From Euryarchaeota archaeon UBA256 (GTDB lineage Archaea; Thermoplasmatota; Poseidoniia; Poseidoniales; Poseidoniaceae): a DNA stretch of 64,000 bases. The notes under the pieces are model-generated. The model ran no database searches and was not told the DNA's origin. It saw only the letters and a program-made list of their open reading frames with translations. This document shows, piece by piece, positions 53,945-61,904 of this stretch. The stretch covers positions 79,024 to 143,023 of the forward strand of contig DACE01000033.1 in assembly GCA_002494645.1 (NCBI GenBank), read 5' to 3'. The position numbers were made by a program, and so were the translations under genes. Position 1 is the stretch's first letter; each line of letters opens with the position of its first letter.

Positions 53945-55276
53945 ATGTCGGTCCTGCTAGAGTCGGACACGGACACCACGCTCCAAAGCCATTTGGATGA
54001 ATTAACCATACGTACGACCATCTTATTCGTGAGCGTCTGCATGATGGCACTTGCTTGGTACACTATCATCGATTCAACCCTCGCATCCCTCATGGACATA
54101 TTGCAACCGTGTTCAGATGCCTGTTTGAATATTTACGAACCCGCACAGTGGAGTGTTGTGCGCTGGATGGCATCCATACTCTTTGGCATTTTTTCTTGCC
54201 TTCCACTCCTTCTCTATCAAGTGCACCAATTCGCAAAACCGGGCTTGCTTCCTTCGGAGTTCAAGGCTCTACGCCGCTGGTCTTGGAGTTCCGTCCTCAT
54301 TACGACCGTCATTGCCTCATCGTTGGTGTTTGAGATCTTTCCTCTCATCTATGCCGCAGGACATGAAAATCACACAGCAGTTGGCTTGGAAGCACAATAC
54401 AGCGCAGTTGAACTCCTGATTATCTTACTTTCAACACTTTGGATTCTATTGGTCTTTCTTGTGGCTTGGAGTTCCATCGTTGTGCTTGGCATTATGGGGC
54501 TTCTCCACGAGGAAACCTCAGACCTCTGGCGTATTCGAGTTTATGGCATGGGTTCACTTCTCCTTGTGTTGTCAATACCGAATCATATGCAGGCAACAAC
54601 ACTGCCGGTATTGGTCTTATTTTGGACAGGAGGAGAACTTGTGGGCCTCAAATGGTTTTCCAAACAACTCAACGCTTACGGTCGCTCAGTAGTACGATTT
54701 GACGCAGAAGGTCAACGAAGAAAAATAGCAATACTTGACTGTTCATGTTCAGGGGCAAACGAGCACTATGGGGTTTCACCCATTCGGGGCTATTCTACCG
54801 TACGTATCCTCAATCTATGCAAGAATAAGGAAGATAGGAATACTGTCATCGGACATCTCATCGGCGAGAGGATCACTGATGCGGTGATTACCGGTTGCGA
54901 CGGAACTCCCTGCCCCCAACACTTCAAGGATAATTTTGATCGATTGGGTGTCAGCATGCACGGGTTGAACCTCATGGAACTGCAAAATATCCGCATAAGG
55001 TCTACAATTGAGAAGGATTTTGAAATGAAACTCGCCATGCTTCAATTACGTGACCCCTTTGACATAGAAGGCATCCCCTTCCGTCTTCGTGACCTTCTTG
55101 AGGAACAGGCAATACTTCCCCGTTCCTATGCAATTATGCCGGCAATCCGTACTGGATGGGATTATGTGGGTGAAGATACGCTCGTGCTACGTCTGCCTGA
55201 GGAAATCAAAGACCACACAGAACTTGAGCGAATGTTCCATGAGGACTATGGAATTAAACCTTCATCAACGCAATAA
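53945..55276 (+). CDS. TatC-like membrane protein with ~200-aa soluble C-terminal extension
   Basis: The first ~235 aa carry TatC landmarks: HLDELTIRT versus HLxELRxR, and LLLYQVHQFAKPGLLPSEFKALRRW versus YQxWxFIxPGLyxxE. There are six hydrophobic helices. The Cys-containing soluble domain that follows is of unknown type. Confidence 0.7.
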   Translation: MSVLLESDTDTTLQSHLDELTIRTTILFVSVCMMALAWYTIIDSTLASLMDILQPCSDACLNIYEPAQWSVVRWMASILFGIFSCLPLLLYQVHQFAKPGLLPSEFKALRRWSWSSVLITTVIASSLVFEIFPLIYAAGHENHTAVGLEAQYSAVELLIILLSTLWILLVFLVAWSSIVVLGIMGLLHEETSDLWRIRVYGMGSLLLVLSIPNHMQATTLPVLVLFWTGGELVGLKWFSKQLNAYGRSVVRFDAEGQRRKIAILDCSCSGANEHYGVSPIRGYSTVRILNLCKNKEDRNTVIGHLIGERITDAVITGCDGTPCPQHFKDNFDRLGVSMHGLNLMELQNIRIRSTIEKDFEMKLAMLQLRDPFDIEGIPFRLRDLLEEQAILPRSYAIMPAIRTGWDYVGEDTLVLRLPEEIKDHTELERMFHEDYGIKPSSTQ

Positions 55277-55314
55277 CAACGAAGTTTCAAACGCTCCAAG
55301 GAAGAGGAAGAGGC

Positions 55315-57411
55315 ATGAAGCGATTGGTTACGCTGTCCCTTTCGCTTCTTTTCCTCTGTTCAGGATTATGGGCATGGGTTAATGATGAAACCATTGAGGA
55401 ATGGATTGTTGAACAGGTCATCACAACCAATGACTCCCACCCGGATTTATTGGGTTTGCAATCAAAAGAAACCTGGTTCGTTGTGGTAGTTGACTTCCCG
55501 GATATCCCATCAACAGAGGCATGGGGTGTCGATGAAGCAGAAAACCTGGTTACCCAGAGTGCGGAAGCTTACCTTGACCAAGTTTCTGGTGGTACCACCC
55601 AATTTGAGGTTATTGTCCATCAAGAAGTCGTACGTGCCCCATCAAATCTTGCCTCCTATGGAGAGGATAATGGTGCGCGAGATACTGGCACTGATGGTGA
55701 ATTCATTCCGAGCCAACTAGCAACGTTCGTCATTGATACAATCAAAGATGAAGTCAACTGGACGATGTTTGATCTTGATTCAAACGGTGAAGTCGACCGA
55801 TTGCTTATTCTACATTCTACAAAGGGACAAGAAGAAAATCCGTCACGTACCGAGCGTATTTGGAGCCATTTCACGCATTTTGAAGACCCCATTTCCCTCG
55901 GGGGTTCTTCTGTAGCTCATCATTACACCATGGCCAGTTTACAGACCGGAACCAGCGGGATAGGAACAATCCTGCATGAAATGATGCATCAAATGGGTGC
56001 AGTAGATTTGTATCCTATTCATGATGATACGTCATTCCAATCTTGGAAGGGGTTGGGAGACTGGGATATTATGGCCAGTGGAAATTGGAACGGTGGAGGG
56101 CAGTGGCCTGCATTGCCCACCGGAGCAAGTATGGAATTGATCGAAAGTCCACGTATCAATGAGTTAGACCTGACATGGCCTGCTGGGACATCTCAGCCGT
56201 GTTTGGGACCAACGATTATTCTTCAGGGGACAAGTGAGGGAGGGGAAATCTTGCGAATTCCTCTCGGTGATGATGAGGCTGTATTCATTGAATTAAGAAG
56301 TGATTTTGGATATGATAGTCGCCTCCCTGGTCACGGAGTATTGGTCACCTACCACGATAAGAGCGTTGGAAGTATTGATGATAATGAAGTCAATACAAAT
56401 CCTAACCTTCCCTGGCTTATGGTTATCGAGGCAGACGGTCGACAAGACCTCGTGACCGGTGCCAATCAGGGTGAAGCGTCTGATGTCTTCTCAAACGGAA
56501 GCACCTTTGGAGCAAGCGGAATTGAAATCCGGACACATGACGGATTGCTTGTGCCATGGACTGGAAAGGTCATTGAAGAGAATCAAACAAGCATCGAATT
56601 CACCTCCCAAAATTGCTCACCCAGCATTGAATTTGACATGCCTGACCACGGGGCTACAATTCTCCCGGACGGAACAGTGAATACGGGAATCCCATCCTCT
56701 AGTAATTGCTCGGCTCAACTCTCATCCAGCGATGGAAGAACTGTTGGTTTGGTTGACAAAACAGAGGGAACATACCATCTTCAGTTTAATTCTGACGGCA
56801 CTCCAAATTCCCTATCACAACTCTCAGGAGTGATCCAGTGTGGGCAAGACCACTTGGACATCTATTACATGATTCATACGTTGAATCGGCTCCCAATAGA
56901 AACCGTATATTCAGCGCCCGTCAGCGCGGATTCTCCGACTACCTTGAGTGTACCCATTGAATCCTTGGGCACGAAGACGCAACGTCTTTCCGTCCACATT
57001 GACGGAGCACTATCACGCGTTGGTAGCGGTTCAAATTCAGTTACGCTCAGTCAAGAAAGCAGCTACGAACTCTTCATCGAGCCCAATGGATTGCTCGTTG
57101 ATAACATGATTATACAGGGACATTTAGAATTGTATACCGAAGAAGGCAAGCAGTGGATCATTCAAATTGAATTAACTGCGGCTAACGAACAAGAGGAATT
57201 TTTATCGGCGTACCGGACACCAGGTCGAATCATTGCCATTCTCTTGTTCACACTGACGCTTTATTGTACTGCTTTAGCCATGCAGTCTTCGCAAAAAGAG
57301 TCTGAGAAGACGGATGTGAACCCACCAAAAACTACCAATCACGAAGAAAGAGAGCAAATGGATGAAGCCCGAGACCCGTGGGGGCGAATCCTCGACGACC
57401 AATTATCCTGA
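55315..57411 (+). CDS. secreted, C-terminally anchored M6 (InhA-like) zinc metalloprotease
   Basis: Signal peptide, then FVVVVDFPD, DSNGEVDRLLILHS, and the zinc site ILHEMMHQMGAVDLYP. C-terminal helix IIAILLFTLTLYCTALAM. Confidence 0.8.
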   Translation: MKRLVTLSLSLLFLCSGLWAWVNDETIEEWIVEQVITTNDSHPDLLGLQSKETWFVVVVDFPDIPSTEAWGVDEAENLVTQSAEAYLDQVSGGTTQFEVIVHQEVVRAPSNLASYGEDNGARDTGTDGEFIPSQLATFVIDTIKDEVNWTMFDLDSNGEVDRLLILHSTKGQEENPSRTERIWSHFTHFEDPISLGGSSVAHHYTMASLQTGTSGIGTILHEMMHQMGAVDLYPIHDDTSFQSWKGLGDWDIMASGNWNGGGQWPALPTGASMELIESPRINELDLTWPAGTSQPCLGPTIILQGTSEGGEILRIPLGDDEAVFIELRSDFGYDSRLPGHGVLVTYHDKSVGSIDDNEVNTNPNLPWLMVIEADGRQDLVTGANQGEASDVFSNGSTFGASGIEIRTHDGLLVPWTGKVIEENQTSIEFTSQNCSPSIEFDMPDHGATILPDGTVNTGIPSSSNCSAQLSSSDGRTVGLVDKTEGTYHLQFNSDGTPNSLSQLSGVIQCGQDHLDIYYMIHTLNRLPIETVYSAPVSADSPTTLSVPIESLGTKTQRLSVHIDGALSRVGSGSNSVTLSQESSYELFIEPNGLLVDNMIIQGHLELYTEEGKQWIIQIELTAANEQEEFLSAYRTPGRIIAILLFTLTLYCTALAMQSSQKESEKTDVNPPKTTNHEEREQMDEARDPWGRILDDQLS

Positions 57412-58518
57412 ACGTTGGATGTTGAGAAAAGCCCACTTGCCGCCATATTGACTTGCACAAAGCCATCGTTTGTTGACCCCCTCCGCTAAGCGAACTGCAA
57501 GGCAGATACCTTCCCAATTCGTGGCAGCCTCATCAACGGGCTGTATCAACCAAGGAGCATGTTCCACATTGATTCCTGTTTCGTATGCGCGCCATAAACA
57601 ACCGTACTTGAAGCCGGGCCTTAGAAGAAGTCTTTGACTCGCAAGGTAAGCATACAGGTCCAATTTTGGGTTCTTGTCTGCGAGATTCATCAGGTATTCG
57701 TGTTCTTCTTTTCGAAGAAAGCGACCAGAAAAATGTTGGATACCAATGGCTGGAAGAGGCCAAGTGGATACATCTGAAATGAACATGCCATTCTCAACAC
57801 TGACTGAGCGGGAAATGAGTGATTCAAGTTCACTCTGCAATTGTGGAGATAAATCGTCGGGTAGAATCTGGTCACCATGGGGTTGTTCATGGGTAAGTGT
57901 GTACACCGTCGCATCCAATTCATCGTCAATCACACAAAGTTCTGGAACGTGCTTTGCAGCAAGAACGCCATGTACCCACTCATTCAATTCATCCCAATCC
58001 ACTTTATCGTGCGTGCGTTGAACACGTATTTGGCTAAAACCATCATGCTGACGCCATGATTCGTGGCGTTCAAAGCGTATTGCCCATGTGTGAGGCGAGA
58101 CACTAGGAAAGCGATCACCGAGGTGCTTCATGGGTACGACTCGCTCTCCACCATTGCGCAAAACATCCATGGCGATGACTTTCGCTTCCAAACCCGAATC
58201 GACCTTCATTTCTTGTTCGAGCCACGAACCTGAATTTGACAGAGGCACATGACGGTACCAATGGCAGAATAGAACCTCCTCTGCGGTAAGTAATATTCCA
58301 CCGTCCTTCGTTCGTGAACCCAGTGCACTTTTTTCATGCAATCGTTGAGCGAGTGGTGGGGGAAGATACCATTGTCCATCTTGAGCAACGGGTTCTGGCA
58401 ATTGAGATGCCGGGGGGGCATTTGGAGTGAGTGGAGTACCCAACGGACGGGTTGTGCGAACGCGGGGCGTGTAGTTCCTCTGGCGACCCGTCATGGAATG
58501 ACCAAGGATTTCATTCAT
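57403..58518 (-). CDS. endA: tRNA-splicing endonuclease, two-unit form
   Basis: The C-terminal catalytic unit shows Tyr/His/Lys contexts GFKYGCLWRAY, EHAPWLI and RLAEGVNKRW. The N-terminal repeat is degenerate. The start is ATG 58518 or 58494. Confidence 0.8.
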   Translation of the reverse strand: MNEILGHSMTGRQRNYTPRVRTTRPLGTPLTPNAPPASQLPEPVAQDGQWYLPPPLAQRLHEKSALGSRTKDGGILLTAEEVLFCHWYRHVPLSNSGSWLEQEMKVDSGLEAKVIAMDVLRNGGERVVPMKHLGDRFPSVSPHTWAIRFERHESWRQHDGFSQIRVQRTHDKVDWDELNEWVHGVLAAKHVPELCVIDDELDATVYTLTHEQPHGDQILPDDLSPQLQSELESLISRSVSVENGMFISDVSTWPLPAIGIQHFSGRFLRKEEHEYLMNLADKNPKLDLYAYLASQRLLLRPGFKYGCLWRAYETGINVEHAPWLIQPVDEAATNWEGICLAVRLAEGVNKRWLCASQYGGKWAFLNIQRSG

Positions 58519-58587
58519 TTGATTCCGTCGCACGAAACCGATTGCCCTATGTGCTAGTGAAGACAGCACCCCAATGAGGAGAAAGGT

Positions 58588-59544
58588 ATGGTGGACGGAT
58601 ACCTCGGCACACTTACTACTGAGGAGCGAACATTGCTCCATCTCTTCAACCAACAATTACCTAGCGGGGGATGGGAGGCACCTGCAATTCTCACTCAAGC
58701 AGGAATTTCCGCTGCCGTGCATGTTCAGAGAAAACACATACCGAGGACACTCAAGAGGATGGAAACAAACCAACTCATCAACGTAGCACAACGTCATATC
58801 CCCGGTGGTAAACAACGAAAACGAGTCTACACATTATCCGAAAAAGGAGTCATGAATACAAAAGCGTTGAAGGAGCGATTGTTCCAAATGGAGGTTATTC
58901 ACAACGGAACTACGGTATTACTCGGTAGCCTGTGGCAATCTCAACAACCGATTTTAGAACTTCTATCTCACCTTGATGAGGGGCTTGAATACCACGATAG
59001 TGCCTTGGTTTCACCTCTTTCCAATCCTGAGGGAATTGCCTCCCTTGATGCACAATATGGAGAGGAACTTGTCCGCCGAATGTTTGCTCGGGCATGGGAA
59101 GACGGTAAAATTACTCGTGATGAACAATCACTGCTCAATGAAGTAGTTGAATTTCTTGGAATGCACCCTGAACGTGCTCGACGCCTTTCCAATGAAGCGA
59201 GAAAAACATTGAAAATACCTCCACCAGAAGAGGTCTATTTTGACATGATCCTCCAGGCACTTGACGATGGAGAAATCGTTCAGGAAGAAGTGGATTTACT
59301 CAACACGTTTAGAATCGCCTTTGGAATTGACCAAATCAAACATCAAGAAATCCTCGACAAAGCTCGTAACCACCCCGTTGTTTCTGAACATTATGAGACC
59401 TATTCTGCCGCTGTAAAGACTGCCATGCAAGACCAAATTATAACGGTCGATGAGCATGCTATATTGAGAACTTTACGTCAACAACTCAACATTTCAGAGG
59501 ATGAACACGACCGAATCATGAAAGATTTAGCGGTCAAAGATTGA
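58588..59544 (+). CDS. winged-helix-like protein with three TerB-style ~45-aa repeats
   Basis: N-terminal ISAAVHVQRKHIPRTLKRMETNQLINV..KRVYTLSEKG. Repeats EDGKITRDEQSLLNEVVEFLGM, DDGEIVQEEVDLLNTFRIAFGI and QDQIITVDEHAILRTLRQQLNI. Confidence 0.55.
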   Translation: MVDGYLGTLTTEERTLLHLFNQQLPSGGWEAPAILTQAGISAAVHVQRKHIPRTLKRMETNQLINVAQRHIPGGKQRKRVYTLSEKGVMNTKALKERLFQMEVIHNGTTVLLGSLWQSQQPILELLSHLDEGLEYHDSALVSPLSNPEGIASLDAQYGEELVRRMFARAWEDGKITRDEQSLLNEVVEFLGMHPERARRLSNEARKTLKIPPPEEVYFDMILQALDDGEIVQEEVDLLNTFRIAFGIDQIKHQEILDKARNHPVVSEHYETYSAAVKTAMQDQIITVDEHAILRTLRQQLNISEDEHDRIMKDLAVKD

Positions 59545-59559
59545 AGCAAGGTGACAGAT

Positions 59560-60621
59560 ATGGGAATGACAGATGAAGAAGCAAATCTACACGATGTTCT
59601 ATCAGATCTAAAACAACATCTACGCTCACATGAACCAGCCAAGATTGTACTCATTGGCGATGTTATGATGGATTGCTACATCCATGGATATGCTAATAAT
59701 TTGAATTCAAGAGCACCTGTTCCTGTTCTCCGTGAAACATCGCGTGAAGAGGATGTAGGTGCTGCTGCTCACGTTGCAAGAGGGTTGAATTCAATGGGGA
59801 TGAAAAGCCATCTCTTTGGAGTGGTAGGCGATGATACTGCCGGCTTGAGCATCATTGAATCTCTCGAGTCCGAAGGCGTGACTACGCATGGAATCGCCAT
59901 CGTGGAAGACCGTATTACAACTGTTAAAACACGAATGTTGGCATCGCGAGAAAGTCTGATTCGAGAAGAACAACTATTGTTACGATGGGACATCGAAGAC
60001 GACAATCCTGTTCCAGGGGACGCCTCAATCTCAATCTATGAACAAGCCATCAAGGAACTTGACGAAGCAGCGGCTCTGATTGCATCCGACTATGGGCAGG
60101 GAGTCGTTACAGACACTGGCTCAGAACAATTATTCCGCGAGGCAAAAGAACGGGGAGTTCCCGTGATCGCTGACCCGAAACTAACTGGATTACATCGAAC
60201 GGAAGGTGTGGACTGGATTTTATTTCAGTCACAGGGTCTTGAGTTGATGCGCAGAAGGATTGGTGCTGCGACAGGTTCAGAAGCCGCAGAAAAATTACTC
60301 GTACAGTACAATTGGAATCATCTCGTCGTCCTTTCTGGTGAAGCCGGAGTGACCATTTATTCAAGGAATGAAGACACTGTACACGCACCGTGTGGTTTAC
60401 TCGACCTTCGTCAAATGATTGGACTTATTGATGCGGCAGCCGTTGCAATAGCCTTTTCACTCTCGCGTGGTTTGAGCGTACAATCAACTGCACTTCTGGC
60501 CAACGCTGCGTGTGAGTGTATTCTTGGGGCGGAACAAACTGATTCATTTGTCTTAAGCCGTGAGGATTTAATCCACCGGATTGGAGAACATGTTTGGAAT
60601 TTACAAGTTTCAAAGCGATGA
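59560..60621 (+). CDS. PfkB/ribokinase-family kinase resembling the HldE/RfaE kinase domain
   Basis: IVLIGDVMMDCYIHG, VGAAAHVARGLNSMG and VIADPK. The usual GAGD motif reads GLID. ATG 59560 has GGTGA 5 nt upstream. Confidence 0.75.
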   Translation: MGMTDEEANLHDVLSDLKQHLRSHEPAKIVLIGDVMMDCYIHGYANNLNSRAPVPVLRETSREEDVGAAAHVARGLNSMGMKSHLFGVVGDDTAGLSIIESLESEGVTTHGIAIVEDRITTVKTRMLASRESLIREEQLLLRWDIEDDNPVPGDASISIYEQAIKELDEAAALIASDYGQGVVTDTGSEQLFREAKERGVPVIADPKLTGLHRTEGVDWILFQSQGLELMRRRIGAATGSEAAEKLLVQYNWNHLVVLSGEAGVTIYSRNEDTVHAPCGLLDLRQMIGLIDAAAVAIAFSLSRGLSVQSTALLANAACECILGAEQTDSFVLSREDLIHRIGEHVWNLQVSKR

Positions 60622-60630
60622 GGTGGGTTC

Positions 60631-61125
60631 TTGAGTTCATGGCTTTGGCCCACAACAGCAGATGTTGGTCTCCGTGTATTTGCCCCAAGCATTGAGGCAC
60701 TTTTTGTGGAAGCGTCTCACGGTGTTCAAAATTACTTAATGAGTACTGAGAGCCATGCAATGGTCAAAAATGAAGTAAGGCACAGTGGCGAATGGCGGGT
60801 GACAAGCCAGCATGCTCCCTTCGATCCATCGTTTCTCTTCATAGCGTGGATTGAAGAAGTGCTCTATCGAAATGAAGTCCACCAGGAATGGCTGGTTGAT
60901 TCCATGGTTCGTATTGAGGAGACGGAACATGGTCTTGTGTTGATGGCTCATGTACAATGGGTCAATGGCTTATCAATTCAGCGTGAAATTGAAATTAAGG
61001 CAGTAACGACTCACGAACTTAACGTTGCTGAAGTAAAACATGGAGAAACGATACACAGTAAGTGGGAAGATGTGCCATCATTTGATGGACCTGGCTGGTA
61101 CGCTGACGTGGTTTTTGACATCTAG
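60631..61125 (+). CDS. archease
   Basis: TADVGLRVFAPSIEALFVEA, IKAVTTHELNV, and C-terminal WYADVVFDI. TTG start with GAGGTGGG upstream. Confidence 0.85.
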   Translation: MSSWLWPTTADVGLRVFAPSIEALFVEASHGVQNYLMSTESHAMVKNEVRHSGEWRVTSQHAPFDPSFLFIAWIEEVLYRNEVHQEWLVDSMVRIEETEHGLVLMAHVQWVNGLSIQREIEIKAVTTHELNVAEVKHGETIHSKWEDVPSFDGPGWYADVVFDI

Positions 61126-61424
61126 GTGGGAGGGCCAAAGGTGGACGCTCGTACCACAAGGCCAAATCCGCAAGCATCCTCCATCCCGATTCCCCACAGC
61201 ACCCATGGCCCCAGGTAGGGCTGCTCCGTTCCCGGCCTGACCTAGTCCCCCGGTTATTCACTCCCTGTCTCCTTCCGGATACAGTTCATGACACCCGAGT
61301 CATGTGGGGGCGAGACATCAACGTCCGCCTACGGGAACCCAATGGCCGCTTTCGCCGCCCCAAGGCGTTCAGTCCACCATAACGACGATTTGAGGTACAG
61401 GGTACGCCGAGCTCCCCACCTATC
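61123..61424 (-). ncRNA. signal recognition particle (7S) RNA
   Basis: The minus strand contains the helix-8 core AGGUCAGGCCGGGAACGGAGCAGCC with a GGAA tetraloop; compare the conserved AGGUCAGGUCCGGAAGGAAGCAGCC. 5' UAGGUGGG pairs with 3' CCCACCUA. The region is GC-rich with no credible ORF. Ends are approximate (+/-5 nt). Confidence 0.85.
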
Positions 61425-61446
61425 CCATATGACGGGCAGGCTTCAG

Positions 61447-61456
61447 CCTATATGAA
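61447..61456 (-). promoter_or_regulatory. TATA-like box TTCATATAGG upstream of SRP RNA
   Basis: Lies about 24 nt before the inferred SRP RNA 5' end. It is identical to the 10-mer upstream of the S19e operon. Confidence 0.45.
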
Positions 61457-61473
61457 CTCAACGAGAGGGCAAG

Positions 61474-61869
61474 TCAGCCTTCTACATTGGCCTCTTCTTC
61501 ATATTTTGAAGGGCAAGATGTTTTGATGACTGAAGCATCTAAAATGTAATTGCCATCTTCAAACAAGAGAACCCCTTCCGCATAGACAGTTCGGTTATCG
61601 TCCAAACCATTGGAGACAGAAGCATCAGTAAATCGTACAGACAATGTAGAGGTCTCTCCCTCGAGAATAAAAATCATGGTCCCATTATCGATGCTACCAT
61701 CAAGAACCTGACCTCGCACCGCTACCTCTTCATCAAGGTGATTATCTGGCGATTGCATCAATTCATCTACTGTGGTCGTAGGAACTGGGGCTTGCAAAAG
61801 AACTGTAGCCATGAGGCCTAGCGTGACCATGGCCCCAATCGCAAGAATCCTTGTCCGGCGTGCCCACAT
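61474..61869 (-). CDS. ccmE: CcmE-like haem chaperone, CxxxY variant
   Basis: N-terminal anchor helix. OB-fold core VAVRGQVLDGSI, TLSVRF and VYAEGVL..GNYILDASVIKT. C-terminal CPSKY sits where canonical CcmE has HxxxY. Confidence 0.6.
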   Translation of the reverse strand: MWARRTRILAIGAMVTLGLMATVLLQAPVPTTTVDELMQSPDNHLDEEVAVRGQVLDGSIDNGTMIFILEGETSTLSVRFTDASVSNGLDDNRTVYAEGVLLFEDGNYILDASVIKTSCPSKYEEEANVEG

Positions 61870-61904
61870 TGTAAATCACGACGTAGCCTTCCCTTAACAA
61901 CCTC

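Noticed and set aside
52977-57411. Neighbours of the TatC-like gene as twin-arginine substrates
   Set aside because: Their signal peptides read MQRNTRFITL and MKRLVTLSL. Neither has consecutive arginines in an S/T-R-R-x-F-L-K context, so they look Sec-type.
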